Shown piece by piece: positions 1 to 11,997 of a stretch of DNA of 64,000 bases. Source of the DNA: Eledone cirrhosa (taxonomy: Eukaryota). The first letter of the stretch is position 1; each line of letters begins with the position of its first letter. Location: contig OZ024743.1 of the NCBI GenBank assembly GCA_964016885.1, forward strand, positions 162,068,001 through 162,132,000, written 5' to 3'. The notes beneath the pieces are model-generated. The model saw only the letters and a program-made list of their open reading frames with translations, was not told the DNA's origin and searched no databases. A program made the translations under genes and the position numbers.

Positions 1-48
<48 letters not shown>

Positions 49-50
49 CT
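1..50. repeat. (ATCT)n microsatellite, apparent target of the adjacent Tx1 LINE
   Basis: Direct reading; ATCTATCT resumes at 5804 just after the LINE 3' end. Confidence 0.95.
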
Positions 51-226
51 CATCTCTATAGACGTGTGCCAGTTCGCTGGTAAGTTTTTATTGATTTTCT
101 GCGTAAGAAATCAAAGATTTATTGTTAAATTTGATACTATTTTATATCTTGACCCCACGTCTGGACCTTTAGACGGTGGGTCAACTCGTCTTCACCTCTC
201 CCTGGGGTGAAATTTTCATTTGAAAA

Positions 227-2137
227 ATGTTTTCGGTGAAAAATTGTAAACAAATGTTGCATTCAGTCATGGACGCCGCGTCCAGTACTAGAAGTGGTGG
301 AGAGGCGGTAAGAGTGTTAAGCTCGCAGTCATCTCCTCTCACCACCTCATTGAAAGACGTTAAAAATGTCGTCCGTTTTGAAAACACGTTGTCGAACATT
401 AATTGTAACACCAACACCAACACGAACACCAATAACATGAAAAATGTGAACAACACCAACCAGAACAACAACAACAATAGCAACAATGATAACAACACCA
501 CCAACAACAACAGCAACACGAACAACTCCACAAACAAAGAAAAGATTTCCTTTGCACAAACCGTCCAAAAGACGGAACTGTTTACATATCTTGACATCTC
601 CAATGCTAGGGAGTTGTTAAAAGAAGCAAAACAATATGTAATTTTTGGTGAGAGTGGTGCTTTCAGCATCACTTCTCCTCAACAGTTACGTAGAGAAACT
701 ATCCTAAAAACAATAATTTTTAGGACAGTTTCAAATGTGTCTAAAAAACCAGTCCATTTATCCCAAAACGAAATTGAACTGGTTCTGAAAAATTCAATGA
801 AGGATATTGCCTTCATCCAAAAAGGTAAACTTTTTGGAAGCATTTCGGTGCTGATGAAAGACCAATTGACGGCACAAAAATATTCTGTGTCGCCAATTGT
901 GCCCCCCCCCCTTTACACCTTTTCCCCCACATATATGGGAAAAAGAACCTCAAAAATTAAAATTTCAAACATTACACCAAACCTAAACGTCTGGTGGATT
1001 TTGACTGGCCTCATCGATTTCGATGAAGACACAACAATTTCAGTGGGAAAGTCCTCCAGAGGCACATTCAATGGTACAACCTGGAAGTTTTGGTCCAAAT
1101 AAGGCCCGAATGGATAGCTAAAATACCCCAACTTGTGCCTCTGGATGGGATTTCATACATAAACATTTCTGTTGAGGGTAGGCGGCCTTCATGTTACCAC
1201 TGTTTAAGCAGTGGTCACCTGAAGGCTTACTGTCTTCAGCTAGCTGCAAAAAGGAGGCACTACTGCCAACACCCAAAACAACAACACAACCACCACCACT
1301 ACCACAACAACAACAACAACATGCAAACATAACCAAAGCAAGAACAACAAACCAAACTGCAAGCACAGTCCCACCCAACCCCACTACACCTAAAACCACT
1401 GCAAAAACACCCACAAATACAACAGCTCCCCAAAACATACTCCTTCCAAATAACACAGACACCACAACGGACGAGGCCCCCTCATCATCACCAAGTGACG
1501 ATGAGGGAGAGCCTCTCCGTTCGAAAAGAAAAGACACCACAAGAACAAAAAAGAAACAAACATCACTACAAACATACAACCACCAACACAAACAACACAA
1601 ACATTACAAACAAAACCCTCCCGTCCCGAAAACAAAACCACGACATCACACCAAACACAAACACCTGCAACAAAACGAAAGCTCACACAAGAACAACAGA
1701 CAAAAACCAACACAATACAACAAGAACATTACACATACATAAACAGTGGAAACAAAACTTTAATGGAGGTCATCTCCTACGACCCTCCGGTGAAAACCGA
1801 AGGGAAAACGTTTTCGAACTGTGCAGACAGACCTTATTTAAAGATCATTAGGGTCCCTACGGACACCTATAAGTCTTTAAAGGAAAACTTTCCTAAGGAC
1901 GTGGCTAATCCTTGTGTTAAACCCATTAACCGCGTGCTTTTAAAATGTTTCCCCACCCTCACCCCAGACACCCCCTCCCCACCAAACATCTCCGTCCTCA
2001 CCCCGCCGGAAACCACCACCCAGCAACCCCTCCAACACCCCCATGGAAATCATGCAGCCTGGTCCTCAGGAGACGAAGAGGTGAGTGATTTCTTTTCCTC
2101 TTCTTTTAAATTTTCAGCACCAACATGGCCAATATAA
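227..2137 (+). pseudogene. Tx1 ORF1 (gag-like nucleic-acid-binding protein), broken into ORF pieces 227-1102, 1090-1332, 1191-1742 and 1763-2137
   Basis: Zinc knuckle CYHCLSSGHLKAYC; Asn/Thr/Pro low-complexity tracts; homologous to minus-strand pieces at 23202-24574 (CFVCGETAHL). Confidence 0.8.
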
Positions 2138-5100
2138 GAGTTGGATGTGTGAATGTACGCAGCCTGGGGATGCCCTGGAAAAAGGGCAAATTCTTAAACG
2201 ACCTCAGGTCGCACAGTATGGATGTAGTAGCCATTTGCGAGTCCAAGATCCACAGCGATCGACAGCTGGCCCCCATCTTTGACGACTTTGAGATCTAGGC
2301 ATCTCTCTGTCAGCCGGGAGGTGGGGGCGGGGTTGCCGTTTTGCTGCGGAAACACCTGGCCCTCGTAACACAGACAGTACATCTGGACCCGGAGGGTCGA
2401 CTGGTGGTCCTAGACGTTGACGGTAGTGAAGGTGGAGCCTTCAGGCTGGTGGCCGCATATGCCCCATCCAGGACACCGCGGCCAGACTTCTTCAAACGTC
2501 TAGAGACTTTTCTGGGAACATCCCGCTCCTTGCTTTTAGTGGGGGACTGGAATGGAATCCTAGATGCACGTTGGAACTATGTGGGAGCATGTCCCGATAA
2601 AGGGGAGTGGGGGGCGGGGTGTAACAGCCTCAAACAGTTAATCGGCCGATTTGACCTGGCCGATAGATATCGACTAGATTTTCCGAATGTGTCCCTTTGG
2701 AAGTGGACTAATCGCAGCGGAACATCTAGATCGTACCTAGATAGGGTTCTAGTTAGAAATAAGGTTAGGGACATGTTAAGCTGTCCACAAATGTTCATGG
2801 TTGCCTATTCAGATCACAAACTAGTGACCTGCATGGTCAACTTTAATAGAACCCATAGACAAGGATCCGACTACTGGAAGCTGAACTTGTCGTTACCGAC
2901 ATGCAAAGCCTACAGTTGACGGATTAGCACTTTAGTTAAACAGCACTTGACAGGAGCTATTGTAAACAACAGATGGTGGTACTTTCTCAAGAGGGCAGTT
3001 AGATTAGACTCGTAGGTTTTTAGTAAAGAATTAGCGTTAGATAGAAATAGGGCCGAGAAGGAACTGGTAGATAAAGTAGAAGAGGCAATTAGAAGTGGCA
3101 ACGTAGCCAGCGTGCTAGCAACGAGAACGGCCTTGGACCAGTTCTTCGACGCAAAGCACGAGAGCTGCGCTGTCAGAAGCAAAATACGTGCTCTGAGTAA
3201 CGAGGGAGCCAAAGCTGTTAGCTGGGCCCGGGTGACGGAGACAAAAAGTGGCAACAAGTCCACAATTCGGTCTTTGAGGACCAAGACGGACACGTGATAC
3301 GTGAGCCGAAGCAGATGTGCGCAGCCTTTCAGCGGCACTTTACTCAGCTGTTCGGGCAGGGCGGCGCGCCGGGAAGGGCTATGGATTTCGGTCCATACCT
3401 CGACGGCCTACCGCGACTCTCGGACAGCGAGGCGAAGTTCTGCGAAAAGCCGATTTCGGCCGCTGAGATAGGGGACGCGCTGAGCCAATGCGGCAAACGC
3501 AAATCTCCAGGTCTCGACGGTCTACCCTACGAATTTTATGTAGCAATGCCGGACATGTTCTCCGGTCTCCTGGAAGCGGTCTACTGCAACTGACAGCAGA
3601 ACGAGAGAATTCCCAGGTCTGTTACCAAGGGCGTAGTCACGTTGGTCAGGAAGGACGAGTATAAGGGGGATGACATAAGAAACTTCCGGCCCATAACTCT
3701 GCTAAACACAGAGTTATAGATTTTGGCCAAGGTGTTGGCATAGAGGCTGGCGCTTGTCGTCGAAAACCTGGTGGGAGAAGCGCAGACATGCGCAATCCCG
3801 ACCAGGTCCATACACGACAACCTCCACCTCATGCGATATATCATACAGAGGGTAGGGTGTAAACCCGGCTTCGGTGGCGCCCTGATCAACTTGGATCAGT
3901 CTAAGGCTTTCGATAGGGTTGACCATCGTTACCTGGATGCGGTGCTCGAGGCGGTAGGCTTCGGACCCGTGTTCAGGGGCTGGATTGCTGCAATGCACAA
4001 TAGCAACATCTGCTCAAGGGTCAAGGTGAACGGCTACCTCTCGGAGCTGTTCCATATCACGCGATCCATCCGACAGGGATGCCCTCTCTCCTCCCTTCTG
4101 GACGTACTGACTCTCGAGCCGCTACTGCGGAAGCTGGGGCTATTGCAGGCCATCCCTCTAGAACCGGGACTGCGGAAAGCGGCGTCGGCCTACGCCGACG
4201 ACGTGACAGTAATGGTGTCGAGCACCTCGCAAATCGGGGAGGTCGGCACCTTACTGGAGGAATACGAAAGGTTCACAGGAGCGAAGCTGAACCGGGACAA
4301 ATCCGTCGGTTTACAACTCGGGACGTGGAGAGGCAAACCGATGACTTCCGATGGCGTCGTCAGACGCTGGACGGAAGGAGAAGTAAAGTTGCTCGGGGTC
4401 TGGTTTTGTCCGGACCTCCAGGTGGAGAAGAACTGGAATTAGGTGACGGCCAAGGTGTTTGCACTCACCCAGAAGTGGGCCGAGTGTAAACTATCCTTGA
4501 AAGGTCGAGCGGAGGTGGCGAACACTTTTATAGCGTCCGTCATCTACTACCGCTTGACCATCGTGCCTTGACCAGCCAAACGCTCACCAAAATTGAGCGC
4601 GCGCTCTTCCAATTCCTTTGGAAGAAACGGGCTCCTTTGGTGAGAAGATCCATCTGCTGCCAACACCCTTCAAACGGAGGGATGGGGCTGCCGTGGCTGA
4701 CGATGCGCAAACACGCGCTCAGGTAGCGGCACCTCCACGTATTCCTCACCGGACAACCGGTGTGGGCCCCGTTCGTGAGGCGAGCCTTTCCACCACTCGT
4801 CTCGCTGATCGAGCTGCAGTCCTGGGTCAAGCAAAGACCGAGGAAAATGGGCGACTGGCACATCGAATGTGCTCAGGCGCTCACAGTTCTCTGGCAAACG
4901 GACCCGGCGATCAGTGAGACTCCACTTCGACATTATATAGATGGTTGGTCCGCAGCAAGTGCGACGACGCGCTCGGAGAAACACTAGGCGTAGAGGAGGA
5001 CGAACTGACGAGTCTGTTCGGTAGGACCTTCCGCCCGAGACCAATGGACAACTTCCAAAAGTCCCTGGCCTGGCAGTGCTACCGAGGAACTCTACCAGTT

Positions 5101-5574
5101 TGAGACAAGCTCTACAGACACAGGCGCCCGGGCAGGGACCCTTCGAAAAAGATCTGTCCGAGATGCGTGCGCGACGAGGAAACCATCGCGCACGCATTTG
5201 TACACTGCCCGGGCGTTACCGATCTGTGAGGCTATGTAGAACGACTACTGTCGCGGGTGGGACCAATCCAGTTGACCACCGAGTCCATTGTCATTATCAA
5301 ACCGCCACCCTCCTTCAAAAACGAGGGAGAGGCGGTTTTCCTATGTGTTATGGCTATGGTGAAAGAGGTTATATGGTGGACGAGGTTAAAAGGGCTGAGG
5401 TCAGACACCTTTCTCTCCGGCGAGCAACTGATTCGTCTTTTCAAATATCATTTTGGAAGAAGAATCAGGATGGAGAGAGAGGTGCCGTACCCCAGAAAAT
5501 TTTATAAAATGGGTGAATATGGCAAAGATGGCCCGAGTGGTTGGGCCTTCTCTCTATATAAGCCTGTAGGTTGA
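2125..5574 (+). pseudogene. Tx1 ORF2 (APE endonuclease, reverse transcriptase, C-terminal Cys domain), disrupted
   Basis: MANIRVGCVNVR start; GDWN, YLDRV and SDHK (APE); KSPGLDGL, LDQSKAFDRV, RQGCPLS and YADD (RT). Confidence 0.92.
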
Positions 5575-6699
5575 GGAAAAAGAGGAAGAGAGGAAGGGAG
5601 TACTCACTCTTGGTTCTCCTGGAGATGAGGGTTGTACATTTTTTCGGGGTGTGTACAACCCCTGTGTAACGCCTCCCCCCTATTGGGGATTTCAATTGTT
5701 ATTTGTTATTTTATTAATAGTTTTATTTTCATATACCTGTATGTAAACTCCCCATTTGTATTTGTCCCCTTCTTTTGTGCTCTGGTGGCTAATAAAGAAA
5801 TTTATCTATCTCAACAGGAAAAAAAAAAAAAAAAATGAAGACTTGCAGCCGAAGAAACGTTCCAGTAGTCCAGTGATATTTCGACATATTCAATGAGGTC
5901 GTTTATTGCAGGGAATGGTAGTGTGACACAGTCGACAGATAGAATGGTTTATGGTATTTAATTACGTTTCTCCTTACTGTATATACCGCATAAGATGTAT
6001 AAAATAAGTACACCAGCCATATGCTGAAATCGATTCAATCTACTGCTACTCCAAAAATAGAATTAGAATTTTTAGACTTGTGTCAATGTGAGAAAACAAT
6101 ATCTATAAAGTATCTGCAACGGCAACATAAAACAAGAGGTAAAGTTCCGGAAAACCACTTTTACGACGTGTTATCTTTTTCACGTATGTAAAATAATTGT
6201 TTCTACTTTTGGCACACGAATAATGCCCTGAAAAATGTATAGCCGTGACATTTACTATATTACTCTTTCACTAAGAAAAGAAAATGAAAGAAAATGGAAG
6301 GTACCCTGTCTAATAAAAACTAATTTTTATTATTCCACAACTTTTGAGAATGACGTTTCTTCGTGTTTATTCAATAATCAAAAAGAAATATAACAAAATA
6401 TCATCTGCTTTCAAGGATAATAATGTCACTGACGTGATGTCATGTGTATTCAAAAGTTTCTGAATACATGTTTGGCACTGTAATGAATCAGCAATATTTA
6501 TTAGAATTTCAGAGGCCAATAAAATATTGCGAATAACTTATTTTTAAGTGATAGAGACATCTGAGATATAAATGAACGGGAAAGTTATTGATCAAAACTT
6601 TATGATGAAAATCACACCAAGAAGATTTGTGGCTGACGAATCAATTATGGCTAACGATTTATAAATTTACAATTATTGCCGATGATATAAAATAGTGTT

Positions 6700-6748
<49 letters not shown>

Positions 6749-6771
6749 TTCCATTTTGACGTTATAGTCAC

Positions 6772-8160
6772 TTATATATTATGAAATACTGTCGGCTTCA
6801 CGCTCGTAAATTTTTCATTTAGGCAGAGATTACAGATTTTAGATAGAGAGCTGTTCAAGTATGAGGATGCAGAAGAAATCTTCTTCCAAAAGATGGTATA
6901 TTTAATGTTTTTGTCTTTTAAGGACCATATGAGTTCTGAGAGAGCAGTGTTAGTTCTTTTAAGTTTGTATTTGAAAGATGAATGATGATTATAGAGACGA
7001 GCTTTAAAAGAGGTGGAAGTGGAGCCAAAATAGGTGAAGGAATTGGTGCTAGTTATAATTTTACATTCATAAATTAAGTTTTTATCGAGACAATGGTTGT
7101 TGAGAGGACATTTATTTTTAATGCGGCAGTTGCAATTAGAGAGATTATTAATGAGTGATCTAGTGTTATCTATAGAAGGAATTGGATTGGAGAAGTTGTT
7201 TGCGATAGGAATAATAGGAATAATAGTTTCTTGATTTAGAGTTGGATTATGAACATTTAGCGAAGTTGTGTTTGACGTTGTATTTGGGTTTACAGAAGTT
7301 AGCCTAGGGTTTACAATGACGTCGGGAGTACTATTACTGTTATTATGAAATTCAATATTGGAAGGAAGAGATTTAGTATTTAGTATTTTATTGTTGTGTT
7401 TAGAGATGATGTTGGAAATATTGGAGGGTGTAGAATACGAAAATGTGATGGTGTGTTTGTTAAATATTTTACTATAGATATGTGAGGGAGGGAAGCATTT
7501 ATTTAAGGCACTAAAAAATAATTTAGGAATATTGTTATTAATAGAGATGGAGAAAGGAGCATTATACCAGATTATGTTTTTGTATCTAGGTCTTTTATTA
7601 AAATTATTGGAATGGTCATGATTAATTATTCTACTGTAAGTTTTTCTAGAATTTGTTTCTTTACTATATTTGATTTTATCTGGATAGCCGGCTTTAGAAA
7701 GTGCGTTATTATAGTAATTGGCGTTAGCATCAAAGATGTTTTTATTAGAAGATATGTTAGATATTCTATTTCCAATATTATTAACTATAGCATTCTTGAT
7801 ATTGGTAGGATGGTTAGATTTAAAGTTAACATAATTAAGGTTCTCATTGTTTTTATGGTAAGGGTAATATAGGCCAGTGTCAAGATTAAGAGATACATCC
7901 AAGAAATTAGCTAGTTTGATACTATTATCAAATTCAATTTTTAGGTTATGTTGGTTAAAGAGATTACGTATATTGTTCTTAATAATATTAAGGTTAACTA
8001 TATTGCAATTTAGGATAGTAAAGAGTCCATCGTCACGATAAATTCCACCGCGAAGTTGAGGAATTTTCCGACTCAAAGAGTTCAAAATGAAGATACCAAT
8101 TAAATCAGTCAATTGGGATGAATCGGATGCTCCCATTGTGATGTCGAAGTTGTTAGAGGT
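6772..8160 (-). mobile_element. Penelope-like element, 5'-truncated: RT C-terminal half plus GIY-YIG endonuclease (probably Naiad-type)
   Basis: Open 454-aa ORF with FDITMGASD, GIYRDDG, WYNAPFS, CNCRIKNKCPLNNHC, LIYECK..YFGSTSTSFKARLYNH and CNLC. Confidence 0.88.
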
Positions 8161-8166
8161 ATCGGC

Positions 8167-8219
<53 letters not shown>

Positions 8220-8224
8220 GTCAC

Positions 8225-8828
8225 GTCACCAGTTGCTGCTACTGGTAACATGTATCCCAGTACAACCCGTCTCATGGTCGGGTCGTTGGCGACTAAACTG
8301 GTAACCCCACCAAGGTTTCTTGGTGAGGAGGGTGACTTTGGACATCCTGCAGGACTAAAAACAAAACCTGTCAAAGGGAAAAGGAGCTCTTAAGAGTCAA
8401 TGGCCATCCAAAATCACCGGGAGAGATGACCTCTTAGCCTTTGTCAAGGCAGAATTCTAGGAGAAGGAAAACTCTGATATAACACCTGCAACCCTGATGG
8501 TATCCAATGATGTTGACTTGTTCTTCTTTTTGGTAAATATCATCTTGGTTAAGAGAGTGGGACTGGCTTTGTGCAATGCCTTTGCTCACTATAAAAGCTT
8601 CACGGCACAGGCATTGCTTTATATATGGAGATCTCTCTGCACTTGTCATCACATGGTACCATGGGCCCAGCACTATGTGTCAATAATTGTCACAAGTGAA
8701 GTGTTTGTACCAGAGTTTTCAAGTCGCTGGCTGGACTAAAAAGTCACACTCGTTCAGCGCATCTGTAGGGGTTCTCCTACATGGATATAAAGTAGTGGCC
8801 ATACTCGAAAACGAGTTGGCAGCCACCA
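8225..8828 (+). mobile_element. ~600-bp non-autonomous retroposon, probably RTE 5'-UTR derived; copy 1
   Basis: Near-identical inverted copy at 11302-11907; contains ctaggagaaggaaaactctga, reminiscent of RTE 5' UTRs; no real ORF. Confidence 0.65.
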
Positions 8829-8997
8829 TATATAAGGGATAACAAAATATCGTTATAGGTAATCCAGTTAGAGGTTGTGAATACTTCTTATTATGGATAG
8901 TTTTAGTGTACGGCGTTGTTTGACTCAACAAGAGGTTTACGTAGATGGCGAGTTTTTGATTTCACTTGTATTCCTATGTAAGTTTATCTTGGAGTAA

Positions 8998-9336
8998 TAA
9001 AATTGAAAAAGTGAAGAATAACATGGTCAACAGTACAAAAAAAAAGGGATTTATTTACAGTCTCACAATTGTTTCACTGATTAAGTTGTCTAAAAATTGC
9101 TGAACACTAGAAGCAGTGCGACTCAATTTTAAATACGATGTGAGCATAATCAGATCATCGGAGATAATCTCAGATGATCTGATTAAGCTAACATCGTATT
9201 TAAAATTGAGTGGCACTGCTTCTAGTGTTCAGCAATTTTTAGACAACTTAATCAGTGAAACAATTGTCAGACTGTAAATAAATAAATAAATCCCTTTTTT
9301 GTACTGTTGACCATGTTATTCTTCACTTTTTCAATT
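8998..9336. repeat. ~340-bp palindrome made of two head-to-head PLE pLTR halves with hammerhead 3' halves
   Basis: Arms are reverse complements around ~9165; each has C(C/A)GATGA-stem II-GAAACAATTGT(C/G)-agactgtaaataaa. Confidence 0.85.
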
Positions 9337-9354
9337 ATATATATATATATATAT

Positions 9355-9720
9355 AATGTTATGCTTTGGGAGGGTCATGTTGCCAATAAGAAACACACGC
9401 ACCAGTTGCTTTCACTCCAATTTATTATAAATAAAATTTATAAATTTAAGAATTTATAAATTTCCGGTTGGTTGGTTGGTTCCATAACCGGACGGTTGTT
9501 CATATATTGTCAAAGTTCTTTCGTCACACATTCTGTGACCTCTTCAGTGACTGGAGATTCTTTTCTTTATTTTTGTGCCTCTCCTTTGTTCTGTCCTACG
9601 CCATCTTGTTTTTCTGTGTGTTCTTATTGGCAACATGACCCTCCCAGAGCATAACAATATCGGTTTCAACACACGTTTTCAGATAAAGAATCTTGCTAAA
9701 CAAATTCAGAAACGAAATAT
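9355..9720. repeat. PLE pLTR (same family as 54553-54990) on minus (9355-9620) with a short inverted arm (9621-9720)
   Basis: Sequence identity with the copies at 27375, 29338 and 54553. Confidence 0.85.
9509..9551 (-). ncRNA. Type I hammerhead ribozyme, intact core
   Basis: gtca-CTGAAGA-ggtcac..gtgac-GAAA-gaac-TT-tgac. Confidence 0.8.
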
Positions 9721-9776
<56 letters not shown>

Positions 9777-10113
9777 TATATTAGTACAACCTTAGTATAA
9801 ATATCCATTCAGTCCATAGGACGAGTTAAGTTAAATTAGTTACAACAGTGACGTTGAGTCATTCGCACCAACTCATTCAACCTGTCATATAAATAAAAAT
9901 AAAAATGGCCTCCCATCATGGAAATATTTTATAAAGTATAGGAGAGTTCTAAGGGTAGGTAATCCCGAATTTATCTATAAATAGACACATCCCTTGAATA
10001 ATGCAGGTGAAAATGGCGGTAACTATAAAAAGACAAGGTAGGCTACTTGCGTTACACATGGAGTCCAAGTGGGAAGTTCAAAAGTCGAAGAAAATAAATT
10101 CAGTCGATCCAGT

Positions 10114-10680
10114 CTAGAACATTTTCAGAACAAATTTTGTTTCATGAGGACAGCAAGTGAAGTAATCAATGCGAGTATTTAAGAAACGTTTCCCTGTAGC
10201 CAGTTGCGAGAGTATATTCCACTTCTGTGAGTTACACAGCTGACAAAATTTCGTCCCATTGACATAATGAGTGGATTTTTCCAGTATCCCCCATTTAATG
10301 GAGAACGATGTGCCGTTATTTTTGAGATTCCACACGTGGTTTGCAAGCGGAGTGGTATGCTTTTTGTCAGGATGTCTGAAAGTTGTTTCGTGGTTCAGAA
10401 ACCACTTTTGAACCAGTTCTCAGACATTCATAAGTCCAGGCTTCAGTTTGCTGGAGGTTACTTCTGTTTCATATATCATTGCTGGATTATTCACTGTTGA
10501 TCCAGGGGACATGCCTCTGGCCTTCTGCATGAGCATCCGTAAGGTGGAAGGCTTTTGTGTTTGTTGGTGATATGGGACTTTATGTTACTGGTTCAAAGTA
10601 CCCTATTTTCACTGTATGGCGGTTGAATATCTGTTGGTGTTTATGGCCCACGGGGAAGGGGAAATCTAGGAGGGCTACGA
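10114..10680 (-). mobile_element. PLE GIY-YIG C-terminal fragment
   Basis: CSCRRPEACPL linker on minus; WNLKNNGTSFSIKWGIL..CQLCNSQK..CCPH. Confidence 0.75.
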
Positions 10681-10705
10681 ATTATTTATATATATATATA
10701 TATAT

Positions 10706-10745
<40 letters not shown>

Positions 10746-11301
10746 GCGTGTGCACGCGCGTGTGTGTATGTAAATGTATATATATACGTATGTATGTATG
10801 TATATCCGTTAGTATTGGTGAACACAAGAATGAGTACTCATTACCACAGACTGTTACTATGGAGTTTCGCTGGCGTGGTAGAGGCATAGTTAAAAACTAA
10901 ATGTAAAGAGAGATAAAGTCATCTTAAGGCCAGATTAAGAGGGAATAGTTAATTGGCTGAATTCCTTTGAGGAGGGTAAAGTAAAAGGACAAGGAGACAG
11001 AGGGAGAGGCAAATCGAGACAAAGAACATCCGCATCGGATGTGGAGAAAGGAGGGTGAGAAAATGGAGGAAAGTGTGAAGGATGAAAAGAGAAAAATCGA
11101 GCAGAGGTGAAGAGAAAACAAAAATAAAACACGCTGGAAAATATATAATCAACAATCATTGCTAGTGATCAAAATAGAATAGAATATAAAATATAATATA
11201 AAAATAACAATATGAAAATTATATACAATACAAATGTATATACACATATATCCCAGCATACAGATGAGTATAAACATACACACATACATACATGCATACA
11301 T

Positions 11302-11907
11302 GGTGGCTGCCAACTCGTTTTCGAGTACGGCCACTACTTTATATCCATGTAGGAGAACCCCTACCGATGCGCTGAAGGAGTGTGACTTTTTAGTCCAGCC
11401 AGCGACTTGAAAACTCTGGTACAAACACTACATTTGTGACAATTATTGACACATAGTGCTGGGCCCATGGTACCATGTGACGACAAGTGCAGAGAGATCT
11501 TCAGATATAAAGCAATGCCTGTGCCGTGAAGCTTTTATAGTGAGCAAAGGTACTGCACAAAGCCAGTCCCACTCTCTTAACCAAGATGATATTTACCAAA
11601 AAGAAGAACAAGTCAACATCATTGGATACCATCAGGGTTGCAGGTGTTATATCAGAGTTTTCCTTCTCCTAGAATTCTGCCTTGACAAAGGCTAAGGGGT
11701 TATCTCTCCCGGTGATTTTGGATGGCCATTGACTCTTAAGAGCTCCTTTTCCCTTTGACAGGTTTTGTTTTTAGTCCTGCAGGATGTCCAAAGTCACCCT
11801 CCTCACCAAGAAACCTTGGTGGGGTTGCCAGTTTAATCGCCAACGACCCGACCATGGGGCAGGTTGTACTGGGATACATGTTACTAGTAGCACCAACTGG
11901 TGACCTG
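11302..11907 (-). mobile_element. ~600-bp non-autonomous retroposon, copy 2, inside a (TACA)n tract
   Basis: Reverse complement of 8225-8828; flanked by catacatacatgcatacat on both sides. Confidence 0.7.
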
Positions 11908-11997
11908 CATACATACATGCATACATACATACATACATACATACATACATACATACATACACACATACATACATACATACATACATACATACATACA

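Larger units (their letters stand above)
51..5803 (+). mobile_element. Full-length, decayed Tx1/L1-clade non-LTR retrotransposon
   Basis: ORF1 with CCHC knuckle; ORF2 with APE endonuclease and RT; 3' end AATAAAGAAA; flanked by ATCT repeats; several in-frame stops and frameshifts. Confidence 0.92.

Noticed and set aside
5819-5835. Poly(A) run as the LINE tail
   Set aside because: Separated from the AATAAAGAAA end by resumed ATCT repeat and other bases; the sister fragments end without poly(A).
6772-8136. Selenoprotein-type PLE (in-frame UGA with SECIS)
   Set aside because: No in-frame TGA in this ORF and no SECIS recognised; the breaks I examined in other PLE pieces were TAA/TAG or frameshifts.
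8178-11990. Duplicated 70-84 aa ORFs (e.g. MLGPWYHV..) as small genes
   Set aside because: They are shared only because the 600-bp repeat is duplicated, occur on both strands and show no recognisable domain.
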